From an uncultured Candidatus Rokubacteria bacterium (lineage in GTDB: Bacteria; Methylomirabilota; Methylomirabilia; Rokubacteriales; DASRDR01): a stretch of DNA of 64,000 nucleotides. Below are positions 20,981-31,714 of this stretch, in pieces. How positions within the stretch are numbered: position 1 is the stretch's first letter; every line of letters starts with the position of its first letter. The position numbers were made by a program, and so were the translations under genes. The stretch is taken from NCBI GenBank assembly GCA_963745015.1, contig CAVUVU010000004.1, forward strand, positions 125,131 through 189,130, written 5' to 3'. Under the pieces are notes generated by a model, which had not been told where the DNA came from, searched no databases, and saw nothing but the letters and a program-made list of their open reading frames with translations.

Positions 20981-21875
20981 ATGGACCCGATCACGCTCCG
21001 GAGCGGCCCGCTCGGCGTCGTCCTCGCGCCTCTGGTCGGTGGCGCGATCGCGCGCTTCTGGTCCGAGATGACCGGACCCGCCACGGAGCTCCTCCGCCCC
21101 GCGTCCGACCTGGCCCTCGCGCGGCGCGACCCGTGGGCGATGGGGTGCTTCCCGCTGGTCCCATGGTCGAACCGGATCCGCGATGGCCGCTTCGTCGTTC
21201 GGCCCGCGCTCGGTGAGCCTCCCGTCGAGCCGCCCCCAGGACCGCCACGCGCTCCACGGCCACGGCTTCCAGACGTCTTGGACCGTCACGAGCGCGGGCC
21301 CGGCGGAGGCTGTCCTCGAGTATCGGCATGCTCCGGGCGCGTGGCCGTGGGCGTATCGGGCCGCGCAACGGATCTCCGTGACCCCGACGAGCCTCGAGCT
21401 CGAGCTGACGCTTTCGAACGAGAGCGACGCGGCCATGCCCGCAGGGCTGGGCTGGCACCCCTACTTCCCGCGGACGGCGGGGACGACCCTCACCGCGCGC
21501 GTCACCGGGCTCTGGCAGACCGACGCCGAGGTGCTGCCGGTCGCCTGCGTGGCGCCGGCGCCGGACGGCGATCCGGGACGGGGGCTCCTCGTGGACCGGG
21601 TGGCGCTCGACAACGCCTTCGTCGGCTGGGACGGCCGGGCCGTCGTCGCGTGGCCCGAGCGCGGCGTCCGGCTCCGGCTCGGGGCGCGCGGCCCGCTCGG
21701 GACGCTGGTCGTCTACACGCCGCCCGGCGAGTCGTTCTTCTGCGCCGAGCCGGTCAGCCACATCACCGACGCCTTCAATCTCGCGGCCGCCGGCCGGACG
21801 GACACCGGAATGCTCACGCTCGCTCCCGGGGAGTCCGTGCGCGTCTCGCTCGCCCTGGTCCCGGAGACCCTGTGA
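20981..21875 (+). CDS. Aldose 1-epimerase family protein (mutarotase-like), apparent frameshift near 21190
   Basis: Divergent from the SDR. N-terminus is in the frame of ORF 20417..22276; core (HALHGHGFQTSW...) is in ORF 21183..21875. Confidence 0.7.
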
Positions 21876-21930
21876 GGCGGCACGCGCTGCGCTCGCGCCG
21901 GCATGCCCGGCCTTCTCACGCCCCCCGGAT

Positions 21931-22806
21931 CGTGACCGGCATCCGCTGTGTCCTGCCGGCGCGGGCGCTCCTCGGCGAGGGGCCGCTCTGGGACCCGGAG
22001 GACCGGCGCCTCTACTGGGTCGACATCAAGGGCCGGAGCGTGCACCGGTTCGATCCCGCCACCGGCCAGGACACGCGGTGGCCGGCGCCCGAGACGGTGG
22101 GCTCCCTCGTCCGGCGCGCGGCCGGCGGCCTGGTGGTGGCCTTGCGCTCCGGCTTCCACTCCCTCGATCTCGACACGGGGGCGATCCGACCCATCGCCAC
22201 GCCCGAGCTGGACCGGCTCGGACAACCGCTTCAACGACGGGAAGCCCGACCGGCGCGGTCGGTTCTGGGCCGGTAGCATGCACGATCCCGAGACCGCGCC
22301 CACGGGTGCGCTTTACCGGCTCGATCCCGACGGCTCGTGCCGCCGGATGGTCGACGGAATCGTCATCTCGAACTCGCTCTGCTGGAGCCCCGACGGGCGG
22401 ACCATGTACCACGCCGACACCATGCGCCGAACCGTGTGGGCGTGGGACTCGGACCCCGAACGCGGCGAGATCGCGAACCGCCGCGTGTTCGTGACGCTCT
22501 CCGGCGACGAGGGCCACCCGGACGGCGCGACCGTCGATTCCGAGGGATTCGTGTGGCTCGCGCACTGGGACGGCTGGCAGCTGACGCGGCACGATCCCAC
22601 CGGGCGCACGGAGCGCGTGATCCGCCTGCCGGTCCAGCGCCCCACCTGCCCGGCCTTCGGCGGGCCGGACCTCGACGGTGCTGTACGTGACCTCGGCGAC
22701 GATCGGCCTCTCGCCGGACGCGCTCGCGACCCAGCCCTGGGCCGGAGGCATTCTGGCTCTCGACCCGGGCGTGCGCGGCCTGCCCGAAGCGCGCTTCACC
22801 GGCTGA
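21931..22806 (+). CDS. SMP-30/gluconolactonase/LRE-like sugar lactonase, apparent frameshifts (~22215, ~22680)
   Basis: Regucalcin-like beta-propeller segments (GEGPLWDPEDRRLYWVDI; PDGATVDSEGFVWLAHW) across three frames. Probable GTG start. Confidence 0.7.
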
Positions 22807-22916
22807 GATCGGCCCCGTTCTGAACCTGCCCAACCCGCTCACGCTGGAGGACCAGATGACAGGCAATCCCGACCCGCGGCGCCAGCCCGACCGACACCAC
22901 TCACAGTCCGGCGGCG

Positions 22917-24793
22917 ATGTGGCAGACGCTCGCCGGAGGCGCCGTGACGATCGAGGGCGGCCTGTGGGCCCGCCGGCAGGCAACCAACCGCGACGCCGCC
23001 CTGCCCCACGGCTACCGGATGCTCGAGAAGGCGGGGAACCTGGAGAACCTCCGCATCGCCGCCGGCCGATCGAGCGGGCGCTACCAGGGCCCGGTCTTCA
23101 TGGACTCGGACGTGTACAAGTGGATCGAGGCGGCCGCCTACGAGCACGCGCGGGTGCCCGAGCGACTGGCTCCTGTCTCACATGGCGGCGGCCATCGACA
23201 TCGTCGGCGCCGCCCAGGGCGAGGACGGCTACCTGAACTCCCACTACACGGTGGCGGAGCCGGGCCGGCGCTGGACCGACTTCGCCCAGGGCCACGAGCT
23301 CTACTGCGCGGGCCACCTCTTCCAGGCGGCGGTCGCGCACCATCGGGCCACCGGCGACGACCGCCTGCTCCGGATCGCCCGGCGCTTCGCGGACTATCTC
23401 GACGCGCGCTTCGGGCCCGGCAAGGAGCCCGGGACGCCCGGCCATCCGGAGATCGAGATGGGGCTCATCGAGCTGTACCGGGAGACCGGCGAGCGGCGCT
23501 ACCTCGACCTGGCCGGGTTCTTCCTCGATCAGCGCGGCCACGCCTGGCTCGGCCCCGGCCGCTACAACAGCGCCGCCTACTACCAGGACCGCGTGCCCGT
23601 GCGCGAGGCGGCCGAGGTCGAGGGCCACGCCGTCCGCGCGCTGTACCTGACCGCCGGCGTCGCGGACGTGTACCTGGAGACCGGGGAGGCGGCGCTCCTC
23701 GCCGCGCTCGACCGGCAGTGGGCGGACCTCACCAGTCACAAGCTGTACGTGACGGGCGGGGTCGGCTCGCGCCACCTGGGAGAGGCGTTCGGCCAGCCGT
23801 ACGAGCTGCCGAACGACCTCGCCTACTGCGAGACGTGCGCGGCCATCGCCAGCATCCTGTGGAGCTGGCGGATGCTGCTGGCGACCGGCCAGTCGCGCTT
23901 CGCCGACCTGATCGACCGGACGCTCCACAACGCCGTGCTCGCCGGCGTGTCGCTCGACGGCGAGCGGTACTTCTACGTGAACCCCCTGGCCAGCAACGGG
24001 CTGGCCGAGAACCTCGGGCGCGGGGGCTGCCGGCGAAAGGAGTGGCATCTGGTCGCCTGCTGCCCGCCGAACGTCATGCGGCTCCTGGCGTCGCTCGGGC
24101 ACTACGTCGCGACGCGCGATCGCGCGGGCCTCCAGGTGCACCAGTACGCGCCGGCCCGGATCGCGACCCAGCTGGCATCGGGGCGCCCCGTGGCCCTCCG
24201 GATGGAGACGCGCTACCCGTGGGAGGGATCGGTCCGGCTGACGGTCGAGGAGGGCGACGGCAGCGCGTGGCCGCTCGCGCTGCGGATCCCGGAGTGGTGC
24301 GGGCACGCCACGGTCCGCGTGAACGGCGGAGCGGTCGACGCCCGGCCGGACGCCGGAGGCTATCTCCGTGTCGAGCGCAGCTGGCGCCAGGGCGACGTCG
24401 TGGAGCTCGACCTCTCGATCGACGTGAGGCTGATCGAGCCGCACCCGGCGATCGAGTCGACGCGCGGGTCGGTCGCGATCGAGCGCGGCCCGCTCGTCTA
24501 TTGCCTCGAGCAGGCCGATCAGGGCGACGCCCCGATCGCCGAGCTCGAGATCGACCCGAGCGGAGCGTCGAGCCGCACGCTGGGACCCGGCTCTCCTCGA
24601 GGGCGTCGTGGTCGTCCGGGCACCCGGGTTCCGGGTCGACACGTCGTCGTGGGGCGACCGGCTGTACCGCCCGCTGCGCTCCGGGCCACCGCCGACGCGC
24701 CGGCGGGTCGAGCTGTCGGCCATTCCGTACTTCGCCTGGGCGAACCGAAGCCCGGGCGCCATGCGCGTGTGGGTCCCGCGGGCTACAATCTAG
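22917..24793 (+). CDS. Glycoside hydrolase family 127 (beta-L-arabinofuranosidase / DUF1680), apparent frameshifts (~23175, ~24590)
   Basis: GH127 segments (DSDVYKWIEAAAYE; CETCAAIASILWSWRML; VACCPPNVMRLL). Genuine C-terminus is in ORF 24608..24793. Confidence 0.8.
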
Positions 24794-24842
24794 GGTTGGC
24801 TGACGGTTGGCCGACGGTTGCTGACGGCTGGCCGACGGCCGG
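24786..24842. repeat. Tandem repeat, ~11 bp x 5 (GGYTGGCYGAC)
   Basis: ggttggctgac / ggttggccgac / ggttgctgac / ggctggccgac / ggccggctgat, immediately after the GH127 stop. Confidence 0.6.
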
Positions 24843-24922
24843 CTGATCGCGCAGGCTGACCGCGGGCAGTCTGGCCGCCGGAAGCCGCGGGTTTCGTCAC
24901 CATTGACCGAGAGGAGAAGCGC

Positions 24923-25927
24923 GTGACAGGAACGGACAGGATGCGGCTGGGTCTCATGCTTCCGATCGGCGCGGGAGCGCTCGGCGACGGACGGCCCGTC
25001 CGCTGGACCGACCTCCGGGAGATGGCTCGCACGGCGGAAGCGGTCGGCGTCGACACGCTCTTCCTGCCCGACCACCTCCTGTTCCGGAAGTCTCCGCCGG
25101 ACAACCTCATGCAGGTCAACATGCCCGAGGGAAAGGTCCGCGGGATCTGGGAGTCCTGGACGATTCTCTCCGCCCTCGGCGAGGCGACGAGCCGCATCCA
25201 CCTCGGCCCGCTCGTGGCGTGCACCGGCTTCCGGAACCCCGCGATCCTCGCGAAGATGGCGGACACGCTCGACGAGGTGTCGGGCGGGCGCCTCGTCCTC
25301 GGGCTCGGAGCGGGCTGGCACGAGCCGGAGTACCACGCCTTCGGCATCCCCTACGATCACCGCGTGGGGCGCTTCGAGGAGGCCCTCGCGATCATCGTGC
25401 CCCTCCTCCGCGAGGGTCGGGTCGACTTCCAGGGGCAGTACTACCAGGTGCGGGACTGCGTCCTCGAGCCGCGGGGCCCGCGCGCCGGTGGCCCGCCGAT
25501 CCTCATCGGCGCCCAGCGTCCGCGAATGCTGGCCCTCGCCGCCCGCTACGCCGATCGCTACGACTCCGACTACCACCTCGTCGCCAGCGACGTGGGCAGC
25601 CGCTTCGAGGCGCTGGACCGCGCGTGCGCCGAGGTGGGGCGCGACCCGAAGAGCATCATGCGCACGGCCGGCACCCGGGTGGCGCTGATCCGGCCCGGGG
25701 AGCCGCGGCCGGGGGTGCCCGGTGTCAGCACGCCGCCCGGGATCGCGGCCTTCGACCTCGGCGGCATGCGGCAGATGGCCCGCGTGGGCACGCCGGACGA
25801 GATCCTGGCCCACGTGCGCACCTTCCAGGCGGCCGGAGTCCAGCACCTCACGCTCAGCCTCGTCCATCCTCCGGGACCGAAGGGCATCGAGATGCTCTCC
25901 CCGGTCGTGGAGGGCCTGAAGCGCTGA
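24923..25927 (+). CDS. LLM-class flavin/F420-dependent oxidoreductase (luciferase-like monooxygenase)
   Basis: 334 aa, intact; TIM-barrel LLM signature regions (VDTLFLPDHLL; LVLGLGAGW). Confidence 0.85.
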   Translation: MTGTDRMRLGLMLPIGAGALGDGRPVRWTDLREMARTAEAVGVDTLFLPDHLLFRKSPPDNLMQVNMPEGKVRGIWESWTILSALGEATSRIHLGPLVACTGFRNPAILAKMADTLDEVSGGRLVLGLGAGWHEPEYHAFGIPYDHRVGRFEEALAIIVPLLREGRVDFQGQYYQVRDCVLEPRGPRAGGPPILIGAQRPRMLALAARYADRYDSDYHLVASDVGSRFEALDRACAEVGRDPKSIMRTAGTRVALIRPGEPRPGVPGVSTPPGIAAFDLGGMRQMARVGTPDEILAHVRTFQAAGVQHLTLSLVHPPGPKGIEMLSPVVEGLKR

Positions 25928-25935
25928 GGGAGAAC

Positions 25936-25966
25936 CCGGCCGCCTCCGGACGATCCGGGGGCGGCC
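25936..25966. terminator. Putative bidirectional terminator hairpin
   Basis: Perfect 8-bp GC stem CGGCCGCC...GGCGGCCG with a 15-nt loop, between the convergent LLM and TBDR genes. No U-tract. Confidence 0.3.
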
Positions 25967-25994
25967 GTGCCTTCGACGGCGGGGCGTCAGGCCG

Positions 25995-28153
25995 TCAGAA
26001 GCTCCAGCCCACCCGCCCGAGGACCGTGAAGGGCTCCCCGGGGAAGATGAAGCTGCTGCCGTTCCCGTTGAAATAGGTCTCGTTGGTCACGTTCTTGAAG
26101 TTCAGATCGAGAGACAGCCGGCCGCGGCGATAGAAGACCGCGGCGTCGACCACGACGTAGTCCGGCAGCGTGACCGCGTTCGACAGGTCCGCGGGCCGCT
26201 CTCCCACGTACCGGAAGCCGGCCCCGGCCCCGAGCCCCTTCAGCGGGCCGCTGGGAAAGGTCCAGCTCGTCCACAGACCGGCGCTGTGCTTCGGCGTGTT
26301 GGGCAGCTGGTTGCCCACCGCGAAGGTGGTGTCCTCGGTGATCTCGCCGTCGGTGTAGGCATAGAAGGCGGTCACGTCCCAGCCGTCCACCATCCGGGCC
26401 TGCGCGCTCACCTCGACCCCCTGGCTCCGCTGCTCCCCGGTCTGGATGCTGAAGCCCTCGTTGTTCGGGTCGTCGACGGTCACGTTCTGGCGTGTCAGGT
26501 GATACACGGAGACCGTCGACGTGAGACGGCCGCCGAACATGTCGACCTTGATGCCGCCCTCCACCTGCTCGCCGGTCTCCGGCTCGAACACCGTCCCGTT
26601 CGCGCGGGCGCCGAAGGTCACCGGCTGGAAGGACGTGGCGTAGCTCGCGTAGACGGCCAGGCCCGGGAGAACTGGTAGAGCAGCCCCGCCCGGTACGTGA
26701 AGGCCGTGTCGTCGTGCTCGGTGACCGCGTTGAACAGGTAGTCGTCCTGCTGGTGCCAGGCGAGGTCGTAGCGCCCGCCCAGCACGAGCGTCAGCTTGTC
26801 GAAGAGCTTCATCTGATCCTGGACGTACAGGCCGACCTGGGTGATCGTGTCGGTCGCGTCGTACACGACCGCGCCCTTGGCCACGGGCGAGCCGTAGACG
26901 GGCGCGAAGAGATCCAGCGGTCCGACGTCCTGGCCGAAGTAGAACTGGTTGTTGAAGTAGTCGTAGAAGACATCGACGCCGCCCAGGACGCGGTGCGACA
27001 CCGGGCCGGTCTGGAAGGTCCACTCCACGTTCGTGTCGGCGCCGATGCTCCAGCCGCGCACGGGGCCGCCCGAGACGAAGCGCGTCAGGGTGCGCTTGTC
27101 GGCGCTCAGCTCGAAGCCCCGCACCCCGTCGTCCTCGACCTCGTAGTACTGCCCCCGCACGATGCTGCGGAGCCGGAGGTCCTTGTTGAACCGGTGCTCC
27201 AGGATGATTCCGCCCTGGAACCGCCAGTCCTCGGTGCGGTTGAAGGCCGGCTCGCCGACGAACCGCTCGATGGGAATCTTGCCGTTCGGGTTCGGCAGCA
27301 CGGTTCCCTCGGCGGGGAGCTCGAGCGGAGCCACCCAGTCCTCCCAGACGTAGCTGCCGAGCACGGTGAGGGTGGTGTCGCTGCCGAGCTTGAACGTCAC
27401 CGCCGGCGCGAAATAGGCGCGCTGCTTCTCCACGAAGTCGACGAAGTCGTTGCGATCGAGGTAGAGGCCGGTCGCGCGCACGGCGATGGTCTTGTCGGCG
27501 TTGACGGCTCCGCCGAGGTCGAACGTGCCTTCGTAGAAGTCGTAGCTGCCGACGGTGAGGCCCAGGTCGTAGTGAGGCTCGAAGCGCGGACGCTTCGACA
27601 CGAGATTGACGACCCCGCCCGGGGCGATCTGGCCGTAGAGCACGGACGCCGGCCCCTTGAGGACCTCGATCCGCTCCATGCCGAAGAGCTCCTGGCTGAT
27701 CCAGAAGCGGGGATCGGTCCGGAGCCCGTCCAGGAAGACCGAATCCCCGGCGAAGAAGCCGCGAATCGTGAAGCGGTCGAAGCCGCTCCGGCTGTTCTGG
27801 TCGAACACGCCGGGCACCCACTGGAGCGCTTCGGGCAAGGTCAGGAGATGCTGGGCGTCGAGCTGCTGCCGGTTGAGCACGTTGACGGTCGACGGCACCT
27901 CGATGAGGGGGGTGTCCGTCTTGGTGCCCGTGGCCGCGTCCTGCACGCCGTACCCCTGGTCCAGGAGCCCGCGAACGGTCACCGGGTCCAGCGAGACGGG
28001 ATTCTTGGGCCCGCTGTCCGGGGCTGGCGTCGCCGGCTTGCCCGCGTCCTGCGGCTGGGCGGTGGCGGAGACTGCTCCGAGGAGGCACAGCGCGACGGTC
28101 AGCAGAGCGGCCAGGATCGTCGCCGCCGGCGCGATGGATCGAAGGCGCAGCAT
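25995..28153 (-). CDS. TonB-dependent outer-membrane receptor (siderophore-type), apparent frameshift near 26660
   Basis: Signal peptide, TonB box/plug (DPVTVRG; ERIEVLKGPASVLYGQ) and barrel in ORF 26618..28153. C-terminal barrel ending in the ...GRVGWSF terminal aromatic is in the frame of ORF 25995..28355. Confidence 0.85.
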
Positions 28154-28615
28154 GTCGGATCTCCCGGGTGCCGGAGTTGAAAGGCGCAGGGCCGCGACGA
28201 GCTGCGGGCCCGATGAGAGCGAGCGGGTGGATGCCGGCGCGAGGTCCGGGTGAGCCCGATGACGCCGACCAGGCTCGGGGCCAGGCGACGCCGGCCGCGG
28301 CCGGTGGCGGAGGGTGCGGGGGATCGCCCGCAGGCGGAGGGCGGTCCGAGCTCACGGGCGCACCAACCAGGCATCCAGGGACTCCTCCCGGGCGCGCAAG
28401 GTGCGGCCCGGATGAGCTGGCTGGCTACCCGACGGAGCCCGTCGAGATGGCTGGCTGGTTCAGAGGATGGCGCGAAGCGCCAGACCGGAGCTTTTTACGT
28501 CGAGGGCCGCCGGTTGTCAAGCGTCAGGGGATTCGGCCCGCGCTGGCCGCGCAGCATGGAACCCCAGACGCCCGCCGGGAGCGCGGGGGCGAGGTCGGCG
28601 CGCCGGGGGCTCCGG

Positions 28616-30422
28616 CTACGCCTCGGGCTGCTTGGCCTCGAGCTCGGCCCAGCGGGCGTAGAGCCGGTCCACCAGGGCGCGCGCGGCCTGCGAGCGCCGC
28701 GTAGCGGGCCTGGAGCGCCGCCGGATCCGAGGCGATGCGCGGGATCCTCCGCCGCGCGCTGGCACGCTTCGACGGCGGTCTCGGCGTCCAGGATCGCCCG
28801 CTCCATCCCGTCCCACTCGCGCTGCTCGAGATAGCCCAGGCGCTTGGCCCTCGGTCTCGCGCGCGTCGACGCCGGCGCCGCCGGAGGATCGCGCGGCGCC
28901 GGCGCCCGGGCGGCCCGGGTCGCTTCCCACTGCGCGTAGTCCGCGAACGTCTCGGCGTCCGCCCTCGCCGTCGAGGGCCAGGATGACGTTGGACACGCGC
29001 TCGAGCATGAAGCGGTCGTGGGTGACGAGGACGAGGCCGCCCTCGAACTCGGCCAGGCTGTCCTCCAGCACCTCGAGCGTCGGGATGTCCAGGTCGTTCG
29101 TCGGCTCGTCGAGGATCAGGAGGTCGGCCGGCTCCAGCATCAGGCGCGCGATCAGGATGCGGGCCTGCTCGCCGCCCGACAGGCGGCCGACGGGCAGCTC
29201 GAGCTGCTCGGGCCGGAACAGGAAGCGCTTGGCCCACGCGGCGACGTGGATGGTTCGGCCCTGGAAGACGACGGTGTCGCCCTCCGGCGACGAGCGCCCG
29301 CCGGAGCGACTGGTCGGGGTCCAGGCTCGCCGCGATGCTGGTCGAAGCGGACGAGCCGCAGGCCCTCGGCCCGCTCGATCTCGCCGGCGTCGGGAGCGAG
29401 GGCGCCGGCGAGCAGGTCGAGCAGCGTGGTCTTGCCGCTGCCGTTCGGGCCGATGAGGCCGACGTGGGTGCCGCGCACGAGCGCGAGATCGAGGTCGCGG
29501 ATGAGCGGGCGGCCGCCGAGCGCCTTCGACAGGCCCCGCGCCACGAGAAGCTTGCGCGTCCGGCGGCCCGAGTCCGGGAGCTCGATGCCGGCGGTCCCGC
29601 CGGCGGCTCGCGCCCGGGCGTCCCCCAGCTCCTCGATCAGGCGGCCGGCCTCCCGGATGCGGCCCTTCGCCTTGGTGGAGCGCGCCTTCGCGCCGCGCCG
29701 GAGCCACTCGATCTCGCGGCGCACCGTGTTGGCCAGCGAGTCCTCGTAGGCGGCCTGGCCGCGCAGGAACTCGTCGCGGCGGGCGAGGAACTCGCTGTAC
29801 CCGCCATCCGTCTGGAACAGGCCGTCCGCGTAGGCCCGGTTCAGCTCGAGCATGCGGGAGGCCACGTGCTCGAGGAAGTAGCGGTCGTGGCTCACGACGA
29901 GGACGGCGCGGGCCCGATCGGCGAGGACGCCTTCCAGCCAGAGGATGCCGTCCACGTCGAGGTGGTTGGTCGGCTCGTCCATCAGCAGGACGTCGGGCGC
30001 GGTCGCCAGCTCGCGCGCGATCGCCAGCCGCTTCCTCCAGCCGCCGGACAGCGCCCCGACCTCGGCGCGGCCGTCCGCGAAGCCAGCCCGGCCGAGGGTC
30101 TGCGCGATGCGCCCGGGGCGCTCGTCCTCGTCCACCGTGGCCAGCGCGGCGGCGACCACGTCCTCGACGGTGCCGCCGGGCGGGAAGACCGGATCCTGCG
30201 GCACGTAGCCGACGCGGATGCCGCCGCGCACGGCGCGGGTGCCGCGGTCGGGGCCTCGATCCCGGCGAGAATCTTGAGGAGCGTGGACTTGCCGGAGCCG
30301 TTCGGGCCCACCAGGCCCACCTGGTCGCCGTCGAGGAGGCCGAAGGACAGCTGGTCGAAGAGCGTGCGGGCCCCGTAGGCCTTGCTGACCGCCTCGCAGC
30401 TCAGGAGCAGTGACCGGGCCAT
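28616..30422 (-). CDS. ABC-F family ATPase (Uup/EttA-like), multiple apparent frameshifts
   Basis: Two NBDs with Walker A (GPNGSGKST; GPNGSGKTT), signature LSGG (LSGGWRKR; LSGGEQAR) and Walker B (LLMDEPTNHLD; LILDEPTNDLD), spread over three frames. No transmembrane domain. Confidence 0.8.
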
Positions 30423-30571
30423 CCGCGCGCGGGCGCCCCTTTCGAGGGATTCACGGCGCACATTGTACGGGCGGGCTCGGGGCGGTCGTGCCCGGCCGGG
30501 CTCGAAGGGAGCCCTACTGGCGGCAGGAGGCGGCGACGAGCCCCAGCCGGGCGGCCGGGACCCTCACCGGC

Positions 30572-31714
30572 TCAGCTTTCCTTCACGAAGATCCGCTGCG
30601 CGGCGGCGACGGCCGCGCCCAACTCCACCGGCACCCCCAGCCGCACGAGGACGCGCTCGAGCGACGCGAGGCCGACGATCAGGTCGGACTCGTCGACCCA
30701 GCCGAGGTGCGCCAGCCGGAAGAGCTTCCCCTTCATCTCTCCCTGCCCGCCCGCGATGGTGATGTTGTCCTCGGCGCCGTACGCCCGCACGATGGCCTCG
30801 CCGTCGATCCCCGCCGGGGGGACGATCGCCGTCACCGCCGGGCTCGGCGTCGCCCGGGCGAAGAGGGCGAGGCCGAGCGCGTCCGCCGCCGCCCGGGCGG
30901 CGCGCGCGAGCCGGTCGTGGCGCCGATAGACCTCCGCCAGTCCCTCGGCGCGAATCAGCCCCAGCGCGACGTCCAGCCCGGCGAGGAGCGACACGGCGGG
31001 CGTGAACTGGCCCTGGTGCTTCGCTTGCCAGCCGCGCTCGGTGGGAAGGTCCCAGTAGAAGCGCGGGCACCGGGCCGCCGCGGCGGCGCGCCAGGCCCGG
31101 TCGTTCAGCGCGACGAACGCGAGCCCGGGGGGACACATGAGCCCCTTCTGCGAGCCCGCGACCACCGCGTCGATGCCCCAGGCGTCCATGGGGCACGGCA
31201 CCACACCGAGCGACGAGACCGTGTCGACGACGCACAGCGTGTCGGTCCGCCGGCTGAGCGCGGCGTAGGCCTCGACGTCCTCGAGGACGCCGGTCGAGGT
31301 CTCGCTCTGGGTCACGAAGAGGGCCCGCGCCGCGGGGTGGGCGGCCAGCGCCGCTGCCACCCGCTCCGGCGGCACCGTGTCGCCGTACGGCGCATCGAGC
31401 GTGCGGACGGTGAGGCCGAACGCCCGAGCGATCCCGGTCCAGCGCTCGCCGAACTTGCCGCACTGGACGACCAGCACCTCGTCCCCGGGCGAGCAGAGGT
31501 TGACGACGGCCGCCTCCAGGGCGCCGGTGCCGGAGGCGGCCAGGATGAGGACCTCGCTCCGCGTCCCGATGAGCTCGGCGAGGCCCGCCCGCACGCGTCC
31601 GAAGAGCGCCTCGAACTCGGGGGTGCGGTGATGGAGGATCGGGCGGGCGATCGCCTGGAGGACCTCGGGCGGGATCGGGGTCGGGCCGGGTGCGAGCAGA
31701 TGGTATTTCTTCAT
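30572..31714 (-). CDS. Class-V aminotransferase (serine-pyruvate / alanine-glyoxylate type)
   Basis: 380 aa; PLP-lysine context (GSQKGLMCPPG). ATG overlaps the mtnA TGA. Confidence 0.85.
   Translation of the reverse strand: MKKYHLLAPGPTPIPPEVLQAIARPILHHRTPEFEALFGRVRAGLAELIGTRSEVLILAASGTGALEAAVVNLCSPGDEVLVVQCGKFGERWTGIARAFGLTVRTLDAPYGDTVPPERVAAALAAHPAARALFVTQSETSTGVLEDVEAYAALSRRTDTLCVVDTVSSLGVVPCPMDAWGIDAVVAGSQKGLMCPPGLAFVALNDRAWRAAAAARCPRFYWDLPTERGWQAKHQGQFTPAVSLLAGLDVALGLIRAEGLAEVYRRHDRLARAARAAADALGLALFARATPSPAVTAIVPPAGIDGEAIVRAYGAEDNITIAGGQGEMKGKLFRLAHLGWVDESDLIVGLASLERVLVRLGVPVELGAAVAAAQRIFVKES

Noticed and set aside
20862-20981. Fourth LacI operator between the SDR and epimerase genes
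   Set aside because: Only a half-site-like GTGGTCAC occurs there (around 20889). It is not a palindrome and does not match the 12-mer, so it is not called.
28154-28615. Possible Fur box upstream of the TonB-dependent receptor
   Set aside because: No AT-rich 19-bp GATAATGATAATCATTATC-like palindrome is present; the region is uniformly GC-rich, so no iron-box call is made.
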